Assembly: GCF_006345805.1 (NCBI RefSeq)
Contig: NC_042999.1
Coordinates: 5,642,001 to 5,706,000 of the forward strand
Direction of reading: 5' to 3'
From: Octopus sinensis
Lineage: Eukaryota
DNA length: 64,000 nucleotides
Shown here: piece by piece, positions 13,590 through 28,500 of the stretch
Layout: each line of letters opens with the position of its first letter
How positions within the stretch are numbered: position 1 is the first letter of the stretch
Translations under genes and position numbers: made by a program
The notes under the pieces: generated by a model
What the model was told of the DNA's origin: nothing
The model's input: the letters and a program-made list of their open reading frames with translations, nothing else
Database searches by the model: none

Positions 13590-16055
13590 TGTTATATTGT
13601 CTTTGTTTAGATTACACCAATTTGCTTGAAGTACATCTGTTACGATCCAAATTATAATTATGATGAAGACGAAGAGAACGAGTCTATGGATATTGGACAT
13701 GAAGACGAAGATGAAGAGTAAGTAACATTCTCTTTCTCCTGTAATTATATAATGTTGTTATTTGCATTCGGATTAGTTTTATATAAAACCTGTTCTGTAT
13801 TAAGCGACTGTCTATTGCCTGCTGTTAGTATGTACAGTGATCCCTCACCATATTGCAGTTTATTACTTAAGCTTACATCGATTCCTCCATGGTGTCATTT
13901 TGCACTTATAATAGAATGAATATATACAAATTATAAAGATAATAAAAAAAAAATATACAGGCACAGGAGTGGCTGTGTGGTAAGTAGCTTGTTTACCAAC
14001 CACATGGTTCCGGGTTCAGTCCCACTGCATGGCACCTTGGGCAAGTGTCTTCTACTATAGCCTCGGGCCAACCAAAGCCTTGTGAGTGGATTTGGTAGAC
14101 GGAAACTGAAAGAAGCCCGTCGTATATATGTATATACATGGCACGTAAAAAGCACCCACTACACTCACGGAGTGGTTGGCGTTAGGAAGGGCATCCAGCT
14201 GTAGAAACATTGCCAGATAAGACGAGCCTGGTGCAGCCTTCTGGCTTCCCAGATCCCCGGTCGAACCGTCCAACCCATGCTAGCATGGAGAACGGACGTT
14301 AAACGATGATGATGATGATATATGTATGTGTGTGTGTGTTTTTGTTCCCCTAGCATTGCTTGACAACCGATGCTGGTGTGTTTACGTCCCCGTCACTTAA
14401 CTGTTCGGCAAAAAGAGACCGATAGAATAAGTACTGGGCTTACAAAGAATAAGTCCCGGGATCGAGTTGCTCGATTAAAGGCGGTGCTCCAGCATGGCCG
14501 CAGTCAAATGACTGAAACAAGTAAAAAACAAAAATTAAAAAAAAGTATAGTACTGCTTCTACTTCGCAGATTTTCACCTATCGTGGGGAGTTTTGGAATG
14601 TAACATTTGTGATAGTCAAGGGATTACTGTATTCTTCAAAAGCCAAAATTTACATGCTGTTATTTAAAGCTTTAATTACTTAAAGATCTATTGTTCCAAA
14701 AAGAATTAGTTACACACACACACAGGGAAGTGTATGTGTGCATACACACACACACACACACACATATACAAATCTATGTACATATATATGCTATCTGCCA
14801 ATTTTCCCTCCTGACGAAGGAAGCTGGTATTACGCTAATCTCTGTGTCCATATCTACTGGTTGCATATTTATGACTTTTTACGCATACTAATTATGAACA
14901 TTACGACTGTTATGTAATTCTGACGCCCCAAAAAGAGTTGACGGGTTAAAAAACTATGCATTCTCCTTTTTTTTTTCCGTACTCCATGTAAATATAAATT
15001 TATTTGTCAATATATATAAATATCTATATGCTTATCTTCTAACTATATTTAGTTTTTGTATCTATCTATATATATAGATATCAAAAAGAACAAAGATACC
15101 CATACAGTGGTGCAGATAAACACGATTAAACTTGATATATATATATATAAATATACATTTACATATCATCATCATCATCATCATCATCATAAATGATGAT
15201 GATGATGATGATGATGATATGTAAATGTATATTTATATATATATATATCAAGTTTAATCGTGTTTATCTGCACCACTGTATGTGTATCTTTGTTCTTTTT
15301 GTTCTTTTACTTGTTTCAGTCATTTGACTGTGACCATGCTGGAGCACCGCCTTTAGTCGAGCAAATCGACCCCAGAACTTATTCTATCGGTCTCTTTTGC
15401 CAAACCGCTAAGTTTCGGGGGCATAAACACACCAGCACCGGTTGTCAAGCGATGTTAGGGGGACAAGCACAGACATACAAACATATACACACATATATAC
15501 ATATATACAGCAGGCTTCTTTCAGTTTCCATCTACCAAATCCACTTACAAGGCTTTGGTCGGCCCGAGGCTATAGTAGAAGACACTTGTCCAAGGTGCCA
15601 CGCAGTGGGACTGAACCCGGAACCATGTGGTTGGTAAGCAAGCTACTCACCACACAGCCACTCCTATGCCTGTATATATATACACTCCTTACTCTTTTAC
15701 ATATTTGTCATTTGACTGTGGCCATGCTAGTGCACTACCTTTTAGTTGACCAGGACTTATTCTTTGTAAGCCGAGTACTTATTTTGTTGGTGTCTTTTGC
15801 CGAACCACTAAGTTATGGGTATGTAAAGACACCAACATCAGTTGTCAAGCGATGGTGGGGGGAACAAATACATACACAGAAATACATATATGACAAGCTT
15901 CTTTCAGTTTCCATCTGCCAAATCAACTCGCAAGGCTTTGGTCGGCCCAAGCCTATAGTAGAAGACACTTGTCCAAGGTGACACACAGTGGGACTGAACC
16001 CAGAACCATGTTGCTGGGATGCAAGGTTCTTACCACACAGCCACTCCTGCACATA

Positions 16056-16094
<39 letters not shown>

Positions 16095-16308
16095 TCTTTT
16101 ACTTGTTTCAGTCATTTGACTGTGGCCTTGCTGGAGCACCGCCTTTATTCGAGCAAATCGACCCCGGGACTTATTCTTTGTAAGCCTAGTACTTATTCTA
16201 TCGGTCTCTTTTGCCCAACTGCTAAGTGACGGGGACGTAAACACGCCAGCATCGGTTGTCATGTAATGCTAGGGGACAAACACAGACACACAAACATATA
16301 CACACACA

Positions 16309-16361
<53 letters not shown>

Positions 16362-16526
16362 GACAGGCTTCTTTCAGTTTCCGTCTACCAAATCCACTCA
16401 CAAGGCATTGGTCGGCCCGGGGCTATAGCAGAAGACACTTGCCCAAGATACCACGCAGTGGGACTGAACCCGGAACCATGTGGTTGGTTAGCTAGCTACT
16501 TACCACACAGCCACTCCTGCGCCTAA

Positions 16527-16560
<34 letters not shown>

Positions 16561-19500
16561 GCACGCGCTCTGATGTCATCATCATTTAGTGTCCATTGTC
16601 CATAATGGTTGTTCATTAGTGTTATCAATCTGCATATGGTAATTAGTTTTGTGTGTGTTTATTCATTGTCATGCTGGGGAGGTAATATGGACGTAGAAGG
16701 ACAAATAGGGAGTGAGTGACAGTAGGAGGAGAAGTAAAATGAATGAGAGTGAAAGGATGAGGTGTTTATCTCTGAAGCTCAGCTGCAATGGTAGAAAGAG
16801 GAGAGTGTGTGAAGCATTTAAAAAAAACCGAGAGTGGGTTAGGCTAAGCGATATGACAATGAGTGGCAAGTGATACTGTTTGCTGGTTTTTTTATTTTTA
16901 GAAAATACATCTTGAGAGCAATGACAAACAAGATAACATTAGTTACTTCCCTTACACACACACACACGTCTGCACAGTGTTGTCTTCAGTTTTTTCTGTA
17001 CAAAAACCTTTACTTAATGATTAATAAAACTTGGTATTATCAACAAAGATAACCTTGTGTGTGCGTGCGCTATCTGTATATCTTAATATATCTTAATATT
17101 ACATATACAGTAACCCCCCACCATATCACGGTTCGCTTATTGCAGTTTATTATTTAAGCTTACATAGATTCCTCCGTGGCTTCGTTTTGCATTTATAATA
17201 AAATAGATATATAGGCACAGGAGTGGCTGTGTGGTAAGTAGCTTGCTAACCAACCACATGGTTCCGGGTTCAGTCCCACTGCGTGGCATCTTGGGCAAGT
17301 GTCTTCTGCTATAGCCACGGGCCGACCAAAGCCTTGTGAGTGGATTGGGTAGACGGAAACTGAAAGAAGCCCATCGTATATATATATATATATATATATG
17401 CGTTTGTGTGTCTGTGTTTGTCCCCCTAGCATTGCTTGACAACCGATGCTGGTGTGTTTGTGTCCCCGTTACTTAGCGGTTCGGCAAAAGAGACCGATAG
17501 AATAAGTACTGGGCTTACAAAAGAATAAGTCCCGGGGTCAAGTTGCTCGATTAAAGGTGGTGCTCCAGCATGGCTGCAGTCAAATGACTGACACAAGTAA
17601 AAGAGTAAAGAGTAAGAGTAAATTATAAAAATAATTTTAAAAAACTATAGTACAGTATTGTTTCTACTTCGCAGATTTTCACCGATCACAGGAAGGGGTG
17701 GGGGTGGAAGGGATTACTGTAGGTGCAGGCTTGGCTGTGTGGTAAGAAGCCTGCTTCCCAACCACATGGTTCTGGGTTCAGTTCCACTGTGTGGCACCTT
17801 GGGCAAGTGTCTTCTACTATGGCCTTGGGTCGACCAAAACCTTTTGAGTGGATTTGGCAGGCGGAAACTGAAAGAAACCTATTGTGTGTGTGTCTTTGCC
17901 CTCCATCACCACTTGACAGCCAGTATTGGTGTATTTACATCCCCATAACTTAGAGGCTCAGCAAAAGAGGCTGATAAAATAAGTACCAGGCTTTAAAAGA
18001 GAAAAATAAACACTAGGGTTGATTCGTATGACAAAAAATTCTTCAAAGTGGTGCCTCAGGATGGCCACAGTTTAATGACTGAAACAAGTAAAAGATGAGA
18101 GATTAAAAAATGGTGTTAGGAAGTAGGTTCTAAGTTCTAGAATATGTTTTATTTCTGTGTGAGGTAACTTTTTTCTTTCCTCAAAAGCATAAACGGTTGC
18201 TAGGTATCTTTAAAAGTTTTGCCTTGATCTTGACAGACTTAGCAGCCTCTCAAATGTGAGAAGATATTTCCATTCCAGTGCCGGTGGCACATAAGAAAAC
18301 CATCCGAATGTGGCCGTAGCCAGTACCGCATCGACTGGCCTCCGTGCTGGTGGCACGTAACAAACACCATCCGATCGTGGCCGTGCCAGCCTCGCCTGGC
18401 CTCCGTGCTGATGGCACGTAACAAACACCATCCGATCGTGGCCGTGCCAGCCTCGCCTGGCATCTGTGTCGGTGGCACATAAATAGCACCCACTATACTC
18501 ACGGAGTGGCTGGCATTAGGAAGGGCATCCAGCTGTAGAAACACTGCCAGATCTGACTGACCTGGTGCAACCTTCGGGCTTCCCAGACCCCAGGTGAACC
18601 GTCCAACCCATGCCAGCATGGAAAGTGGACGTTAAACGACGATGATGATGATTCCATTTGCTGAAAAGATTAAGGCATCGGATTGGCAGTTGTTGGAGCC
18701 CCTGATACTAAGTCTTGTGGTGTTTGTTCCCATTCAATTGGCACTGGGGCCAGAATTTGCTTTTCGTTTCTTCAGTGATGATTAAAGTACCAATCAAATA
18801 TTGGAGGTTGATCTCTCTCTCTTTCTCTCTCTCTCTCTCTCCCTCTCTCTCCCTCCGTCCACCCCCCTCTCTCTCATATGAAATGGCCTAGAAAGGAGTT
18901 GTCCCTTGTTGCTCCGTTGGTCCTTTCATCGTCACCCTGGACACAAGAAAGAGCAGAGAATTCCATGTGACAGTGTGAACTGGGCAGTGGAAACTCCTTT
19001 TCAGGTGCTGAAAGGGCTAGGCTACACATGTGGGTCTGGAAGCTGGATTACATGACAATGCGAGCGACAACCTGTCAATGATAATTAACTGCAGCCCCTA
19101 GATGTATCACTTTAATTATGGGTGAAATTTCATTGATCAGTATTCTTGCTGTGGTCATCCTGTTTTTATTCCAAGTCTGTTTTCCATTTCAAAATATTGT
19201 AAAGAGTTTCTTCGGAGAAATTTAATTGTTAGGCAATCTGGGAGGCTATATAGTAATTCCTTTAATTGACTCCCATCCTAATATTGAAAGATAAAGTTAT
19301 TTAACCCTTTAGTGTTTAAACCGGCCATAGGTGCAGGAGTGGCTGTGTGGTAAGTAGCTTGCTAACCAACCACATGGTTCCGGGTTCAGTCCCACTGCGT
19401 GGCATCTTGGGCAAGTGTCTTCTGCTATAGCCCCGGGCCGACCAATGCCTTGTGAGTGCATTTGGTAGACGGAAACTGAAAGAAGCCTGTCGTATATATG

Positions 19501-22500
19501 TATATATATATATGTATGTGTGTGTGTGTTTGTCCCCCTAGCATTGCTTGATAACCGATGCTGGTGTGTTTACATCCCCGTCACTTAGCGGTTCGGCAAA
19601 AAGAGACCGATAGAAAAGTACTGGGCTTACAAAGAATAAGTCCCGGGGTCGATTTGCTTGACTAAAGGCGGTGCTCCAGCATGGCCGCAGCCAAATGACT
19701 GAAACGAGTAAAGAGTATACCAGGCCCAAATTGTCTTCCTGTTTTATGCTCAAACCAGCCAGCTCTGACCTCTCACACCTACCCTACAAAGTCATTCTAA
19801 AAATAAACAGGGTCATCATCAAAATCCCAGAGTTACAAGATGCTGTACAATTAATTTAAAACGATGTAATTAAACAGGTTTTACATTTGACAGAGTAATC
19901 TGAATGCTAAAGGGTTAACATTTATTTAGTCTGTTGTTATTGTTATTGTTGTTGTTTATTTCCTTCACCACAAATTAGTTTTAATTCTAGTTCTGTGTGT
20001 CTTGGTTAATGTCACCAATTTCCATTATGGTTGCATTGTAGAGATTCTGAAGACGAATACAGTGATGATGATGACATGAGTTGGAAGGTACGACGGGCAG
20101 CAGCCAAATGTCTTGATGCCATTATTGGAACCTGGCATGAAATGTTACCCGATTTTTATAAAAACCTCTCTGCTGCTCTCATTGCCAGATTCAAAGGTAA
20201 CAGTATTGTATCCTGAATTCTTCATTTGTAAGGACAATGGCACCAAACACTAAGTTTAGTTAACCTCACTTAAATTCTAAGTTTGGGTCTTGTTACTTTC
20301 TGTTTTATCTTTCATCGTTCAATAAAATAAATACCTCTGTTATGCTGATGATATTAAATTTAGGTTTCCTTTCTACAAAAATTGCCATTGTTTTTAATCT
20401 AAAGGAACCAAAATTTATTCATGTAAATTTTGAGGACCTTTTCGCTTTGCCTGGCAGTTTTTAAAAATAATTTCTAGCGGTGTCATATGAAATTGTCACC
20501 GTAATTATGACCCTAGTATCGATCTATTGCATTTCAATCTGTTTTAGGGTTGAGGAAGGGTATCTTTTTTTCTTCAGAAATGTAAATAGACCCAATCTGT
20601 TTCTTAAACAAAGGACATTTTCATACAGCAGAAAATGTTTTCACCTCAATAGACCTCATTGATTGGTTGAAATTGCAGAAATTGAAGAAAATATCTTACA
20701 AACTACAGAATTTTCTCAAGGAAGCCAAGAGAAAAAGATGTTTTATAAACACATTCTATCAGTATACAAAGTTTAAAAGTGTTTAGTTACGTGGAAATTA
20801 TTTTTAAAAAACTGCCAGTCAAAGCGAAAAGATCCAATTTTGATCCTAATTTCATGTCTTAACTTGTCTGCGGAGGCTGGTTGATATAAATTGTGTATTT
20901 TGACATTGTATGTCTTTTATTTTCTCATACTGAAAATATATTCCAGTTTTAAGCAGTTGAAATGTTAGATTTTCTGAAGCATCATCTTTCACATCTCTAA
21001 AATTAGAATTTTCTAAGGAATAAATATTTTGTCTGTTATAAAAAACATACAAGTTAATTTTTTTTTGTTTTTTAATTCAGAAAGAGAAGAAAATGTGAAA
21101 GCTGATATTTTCCATGCCTACATCACATTACTTCGTCAGACCAAACCTGTTGTCTCATCCGGACCCGACTCCATGGATCATGAAGAGGGGTGAGTTATAA
21201 ATCCACCATAAAACACACATCTGACACTTTATTATTATTATTATTAAAGCAGTGAGCTGGCAGAATCGTTAGCACACTGGACGAAATGCTTAGCAACATT
21301 CCATCTGCCGCAACGTTCTGAGTTCAAATTCCGCCGAGGTCAGCTTTGCCTTTCATCCTTTCGGGGTCAATAAATTAAGTACCAGTTACGCACTGGGGTC
21401 GATATAATCGACTTAATCCGTTTGTCTGTCCTTGTTTGTCCTCTCTGTGTTTAGCCCCTTGTGGGTAGTAAAGAAATAGGTATTTCGTCTACCGCTACGT
21501 TCTGAGTTCAAATTCCACCAAGGTTGACATTGGCTTTCATCTTTTCAGGGTCAATAAATTAAATACCAGTGGAACACTGGGGGTCGATGTAATCGACTGA
21601 CCCCCCTCCCCCACAATTTCAGGCCTTGTGCCTATAGTAGAAAGGATTATTATTATTTGGTGTTAGGAAGGGCATCCAGCTGTAGAAACTTTACCAGATC
21701 GGATTGGAACCTGGTGCAGCCTTCTGGCTTGCCAGTCCTCAGTCAAACTGTCCAACCCATTCCTGCGTGGGAAGCAGATGTCAAATGATGACAACAATGA
21801 TTATTATTATCTTTATTATTATTGTTGTGTATTACTGGATTGTGTGATATTTGTTAGGATTGGATTTTCTTGTTGCTAAACCAATCCAACTGTGAAGTAG
21901 CAGAAACCCGGATATACTGAGTCCATGATATAAATTTACATTTATTAGCCAGAAAAATCCACAATGTGCTGAGTGCGTGATAGGTGAACTGCGATGTACT
22001 GAGTGTGCGATAAGTGAACCGTGATAGGGTGAGGGATTACTGTGCTCTATAATAGTTGGCCGATATTTTCTTGCCTCTATCAGCTGCAATGTTCAGTGTC
22101 CAGCACCCATCCCAGTGACACATAAAAGCACCTAGCACACACTGTAAAATGGTTGGCTTTTAGAAGGACATCCGATGTGCCAATGGCACGTTAAACACAC
22201 CATTCAAGCGTGATCATTACCGCATCACCTTACTAGCACTTGTGCTGGTGGCACGTGAAACGTTCGGGCGAGGTCGTCGCCAGTGCTGCTGGACTGGCTC
22301 CTGTGCAGGCGGCACATAAAAAGTACCATTTGGGCGTGGCCGTTGCCAGTAACACCAAACTGGCCCTCGTGCTGGTGGGACGTAAAAAGCACCCACTACA
22401 CTCTCGGAGTGGTTGGCGTTAGGAAGGGTATCCAGCTGTAGAAACTCTGCCAGATCAAATTGGAGTCTGGTTCGCCCATCCTCAGTCAAATCGTCCAACC

Positions 22501-25500
22501 CATGCTAGCATGGAAAGTGGACAATAAATGATGATAATGATGATCCAGCCATAGAAACTGTGCCAAAACAGACAATTTGAGCCTGGTGCAGCTCTCTGGC
22601 TTACCAACTCCCGTCAAACTGTCCAACCCATGCCAGCACGGAAAACAGACATTAAATGATGATGCTTACTTGGTTATGTGTACCCATTCATTGTGGAGCC
22701 TCATAGCAAGAAATTATCTTGTCATTAGAGAGAAAAATCATTAGAGGGAAAAGAACATAATTATAAAGTTATACTAATGTAATGACATTTATTCGTTTAT
22801 TTCTGAGTATTTCTCATGTTGTGAATTGATTCTTTTTAAGGTTTTCAAAAATTACATTCAGAAATCTTTCAATCAATTTTATCTCTTTCAGTCCCGTAGC
22901 AATGTTACAAGCTCAGGTTCCCAGTATTGTGAAAGCAATTCATAAACAGATGAAAGAAAAAAGTGTGAAAACTCGTCAAGGTTGCATTGGTCTGTTGATG
23001 GAGTTAGTTCAGGTGTTACCTGGAGCATTGACTAATCACATGCTAGCACTTATTCCTGGTATATTGTACTCCTTCAGGTAACTATACCTTTATTTTTGCT
23101 GATGTCTGTTCTATTCCTTTATTATCTTTTACTATTCCAAGGCAGTGAACAGGCAGAATTGTTAGCACGCTGGATGAAATATGCTTAGAAGTGTTTCATC
23201 TGTCTTCACATTCTGGGTTCAAATTCTGCTGAGGTCGACATTTCCTTTTGTCTTTTTGGGGTCGATGTAATCAACTCATCCCCATCCTCCCCAAATTTCA
23301 GGCCTTGTGCCTATAGTAGAAAGAAGTATCTTTTACTGTTCTGTCATTGGAGTGTGGCTCTGTTGGGGTAGCACCATTAAAGTTTTTCTTCAATCGTATT
23401 TATTCAAGTACCTGTGCCGGTGACATGTAAAAGCACCCACTACACTCTCGGAGTGGTTGGTGTTAGTGTATCCAGCTGTAGAAACTCTTGCCAGATCAAG
23501 ACTGGAGCCTGGTGCAGCCATCTGGTTCACCAGCCCTCAGTCAAAATCGTTCAACCCATGCCAGCATGGAAAGCAGACGTTAAACGATGAGGATGGTATA
23601 TTTATTCAAGTAGTTATTTCAACTTGGGATTTATTTTAAGAATCTCTAAGCACCCATTCCGGTGCTATGTAAAAGGCAGCCCTGCAGGCACCACATAAAA
23701 GAACCCCTTATGCCATTGCTACATAAAAAGCACACATACTGGTACCACATAAAAATCACCCAGAACACTTTTAAGTGGTGGGCATTAGGAATGGCATCCA
23801 GCCATAGAAACCATGCCAAAACAGATGACGGGGATGGGCTGGTGCAACCCTTTAGCTTGCCAGCTCCTGTCAAATCATGTAACCCATGCCAGCATCGGAG
23901 ACGAGCATTAAATGATGATGATGATGAATCAAACGTCTAAGTTATGGTTTTCATATAAATCAACACAAGACACTTTCCCATCATACCACATAGTGGAGTT
24001 GAACCTGGAACCACAGGACTACAAATTCTTAGTTTTTATAGTAGGTTTATTTTTTATTTTGTTTTAATTACCTTTAAATTATCAGTTGAGCTTAAGCTAA
24101 CTTTTTAGGATATCATTTTTGTTTTAAATTTATTGTCAGTATTTTTTTTTATTGAAACTCTTAAATTTATTTTTTTTATTAATATTTGTTAAAGTTCAAA
24201 TTTATTATTAATTTAGTTTTTTTTAGTGTATTTTCATTATTTTCTTTTTTTCTTCCCCCTCCCCCTGACAATCGTCATTCAGTGATCGAAGCTTCAGCTC
24301 CAATATGAAGATAGACACCCTTGCATTTCTGAACAGCTTAATGGTCAACCACAGTCCAGTTGTTTTTCATCCTCACATTGCAGTCCTTGTACCGGTGAGT
24401 AATACCATTTTTAATAAATTACGGTATATGTAAACAAAGTTGTATTTTTTTTTTTATGGAAATATTTTTATTATGCATTTGAGAATAAAATATTTCCATA
24501 TTTGTATATTTCAATACATCTCAATGCTTCTTAAAAAAAAAAGGGGGGGCAATCTTTGTTTACATATATTGTAATTTCACATATGGCGTCTATAAAAGCT
24601 AAATTTATAAGTTCAAAAATTACAGAAGAATTTTTTAGTGGGCAGTTTAGCTTAGCTAAACTGGATATCCAAAACATAGAGAAGCCCGGCAATAATTGAG
24701 GGCTCTATTAAAATGATAGTTTCCCCCTTACACAAAGTAAGTTCAGCTAATCGTCAGTTGTTTTGCTTTATATGTAGCAGATGAAGACTTGTTATTTGTT
24801 GACCTTTGATAAGTTTTCCTAGAAAGATTTCTCAATTTGTGATTATATGTGTAATTATTTCTATCAATGGCATAACACACATCAAACTGATTTTTTTTTT
24901 TTTATAATTGTCTAGATAACACTAATTCATCTCGTCCAGATAAATAGTACTAAAATATGGTTTTGGTCTTTTAATTGCAGCCAATCATTGCTGCTGTAAA
25001 TGATACATTTTACAAAATCACATCTGAAGCTTTGTTGGTTATGCAGCAACTGGTGAAGGTCATAAGGCCTTTAGGTGAGTTCCAGATTTTTCCTTTTCTC
25101 CCCTGCCTCTTGATGAACGGTTGTTGTATTGTCGTGGAACGGCCCTTTATTTATTCCTGATACCTTTTACCTTGGATTATTTCAGATGTTCCATGTAGTT
25201 TCAATTTTGAGCCATATGTCAAAGATTTATATGGTTGTGTGTTGTGTCGTTTAAAAGCTGCAGACATCGATCAAGAAGTCAAAGAACGAGCCATCACTTG
25301 CATGTAAGACCATTTCTTTTATTTTATTTTGTGTGATGGTTTATTTTATTTCTTTTTTTTTTTTTACTACGGCCGATGCCAGACCCCCCTGGCACCTGTG
25401 CAGGTGGCACGTAAAAAGCACCCACTACACTCGCGGAGTGGTTGGCGTTAGGAAGGGCATCTAGCTGTAGAAACACTGCCGGATCAGACTGGAGCCTGGT

Positions 25501-28500
25501 GCAGCCTCCTGGCTTCCCAGACCCCGGTTGAACCGTCCAACCCGTGCTAGCGCGGAAAACGGACGTTTAAACGATGATAATGATGTACTGTTTCTTCAGT
25601 ATGAGTTCCCATTATTTCCCCTGTTCATCATCATGGGACACAAAACTCTGCTTGCGAAGACCTGTTGAAGCAAGTGAAATCGAAATCGATCAAAAATCAA
25701 TGGAAATTGTAGTTGTGATACCAGTGCCGGTGGCATGTAAAAGAACCATCCAAATGTGGCCATTGCCAGCACCGCCCCGACTGGCCTCTGTGCCGGTGGC
25801 ATGTAAAAAGTACCAACCAATCGGGCCATTGCCAGCCTCACCTGGCACGTAAAAAGCACCCACTACACTCACGGAGTGGTTGGCGTTAGGAAGAGCATCC
25901 AGCTGTAGAAACACTGCCGGATCAGACTGGAGCCTGGTGCAGCCTCCTGGCTTCCCAGACCCCGGTCGAACCGTCCAACCCATGCTAGCAGGGAAAGCGG
26001 ACGTTAAACGATGATGATGTTCAATGGAAATAACATAAATTAATTAGTATATATTATTAATCTTTAACCCTTTAGTGTTTAAACCGGCCATCTCTGGCCA
26101 GAACATTATTCTTGTTTTATGTTCAAGCTTGTGAGATTCAGCCTCTCACACCTACCCTACAATGTCATTCTAAAGATAGATAATCACACCATCAAAATCT
26201 TGGAGCTATGAGACAAGGCACAATTAATTCAAAACAATGTGAATAAATAAGTATTACATTTGACAGAGGAATCTGAACTCTAAAGGGTTAAATGTCTGTA
26301 TTGGTGTAAGTAAAACATAAATAATTTAATTAAAGTGATGCTAATTACATTTACCCAGGGGTCAAATAATCCGTAACCTTGGAGACAGTTTAACAGAAGA
26401 ATTGAAAACTTGTTTGCCAATCCTGTTAGAGCGCCTTAAAAATGAAATAACACGGTTAACTGCTGTCAATGCACTAACGATGATTGCTGGGTAAGTTTCG
26501 TTTACTTTTGTCTTTGATTAATAATTTTGAAATTTAATGGCTTACACTGACTGTTACAACTGCGCTGTGGAGGTCTTTCCACATTTGAGTGTATTTGAAC
26601 ATGTTAAATATAATTGTGTGCATATATTTTAATCATCACTGCTTAGTGTGCCATTCTTAGTCATTCCAGCTTGACAAAGCTTTGCACACACCAGCAAGTG
26701 TTTTTTTCTCTCTCTGTTTTGTTGCTGTTTAACCCTTTCGTTACCAACCCGGCTGAAATCGGCTCTGGCTCTTTAGTATAAATGTCTTGTTTTCATAAGT
26801 TTTGAATTAAAATCTTCTACCAAATTTTAGTCACAATTTATGTTCCTAACACTAGCTTAATGATAATGATGTTATTTTACTAAATTCTTTGTTATATTTA
26901 AAATAATTGGAAGAAACACAGAGCATCTCAAAATAAATACAGTAATGAAAGGGTTAAAAATAAGAATAGCAGTTCTTAGTGGACTATACATAATGGAGTC
27001 AGTGTCCTTAGCTGATGAAGCGTAATGACATAGAAACATGTTCTACGGTCTGATGATGTCATTTATAGCCCAGTCATGTGTTTTTCAAACATATTGTTTA
27101 TAGCGAGAATTTCTCCCTAGAAACAGTTTCTACATACATACATACATTTACAGTTTCCTGTGTATTGTGTTTTTTCTTTGCTAAGTTAAAGCTTAGTTTA
27201 TGCCTTTCCTGAATATATACATCGGATAGTGAGTCTAGAATATTAATGCGGCAGGACAGAGTCTTATTTCATTATTTTTGATATTTCATTGTACATTATC
27301 AGAGCAAATAATTACAATGTGTCTATGTTTTGCTTTCATTTAGTTTGCCCTCCATTTAGCTTTAAGTCAAAGGATAACTGTGTAGATTAAGCCTATCACA
27401 AGAAGTGTTGAATGCAAGGTGACACATTGAATACAATAGTTTGTAATAGTGCTAAATGGCCAGCAATTTTAAGATACTCTGGACCCCAGTAGTTAACTAG
27501 TACTTTCCATGTTAGAGTCTACATGAACATTAAATATAATTGTACACACCTATATTTCAACCATTGCTGCTCGGTGTGCTTGTTATATGTATACAGTAGG
27601 CGCAGGAGTGGCTGTGTGGTAAGTAGCTTGCTAACCAACCACATGGTTCCGGGTTCAGTCCCACTGCGTGGCATCTTGGGCAAGTGTCTTCTGCTATAGC
27701 CCCGGGCCGACCAATGCCTTGTGAGTGGATTTGGTAGACAGAAACTGAATTAGCCTGTCGTATATATGTATATATATATGTGTTTGTGTGTTTGTCCCCC
27801 TAGCATTGCTTGACAACTGATGCTGGTGTGTTTACGTCCCCGTCACCTAGCAGTTCGGCAAAAGAGACCGATAGAATAAGTACTGGGCTTACAAAGAATA
27901 AGTCCTGGGGCCGATTTGGTCGACTAAAGGCGGTGCTCCAGCATGGCCGCAGTCAAATGACTGAAACAAGTAAAATAGTAAAAGAGTAGTGAGCAAAAAA
28001 AAGAACAATTAATATTTTTTTAAATGTTGGAAAAGCTAATGAACGTACAAATTCACAATTGGTTTTGTAAACGTGGTTAACCATTAGCTAAATTCTGTGG
28101 AAAACCTAAGCTTGTATAATGGTTTTAATAAAAGTTAATAACACTAATACCAGTTTTGTCCAAATGTCTCATGAGCAAAATAAGAGAATGATAAGATTCC
28201 TTAAGAAATTTCTGGAAATTTCAAGCATTGTTTACGTTTGCAGGCTCAACATTATTACCCTCTCAGCATTGTGCTAGCTTCCGAATATGGCACATACTGG
28301 TTCAGTTCCAGTACGTAGCACTGTGGGCAAGTTTCTTCTACTATAGCCCTGAGCTGACCAAAGCCTTGTTGAGTGAAGTTGATAGTTGGAACCTGAAAGA
28401 AACCCTTTGTGTGTGTGTTCACTCAGTGATTGTAAACAATGGCTTTATTAGAATGCCGTTGGCTTGCAGTCTGCTATGAAAGCTTGTCTGGGCTGTTTGT

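Noticed and set aside
14811-14850. CTGACGA core-like motif
   Set aside because: No stem II or GAAA follows.
18840-19140. Non-repetitive-looking intronic block as a conserved element or hidden exon
   Set aside because: No missing CAND1 sequence between exons 8 and 9, and conservation cannot be judged without alignments.
21832-22089. 85-aa minus ORF with two ~31-bp tandem units
   Set aside because: No recognisable homology; probably a decayed repeat.
27012-27055. TGATGA...CTGA as a C/D box snoRNA
   Set aside because: Only ~40 nt between boxes, box C lacks the leading purine, and there is no terminal stem; the hammerhead fold fits better.
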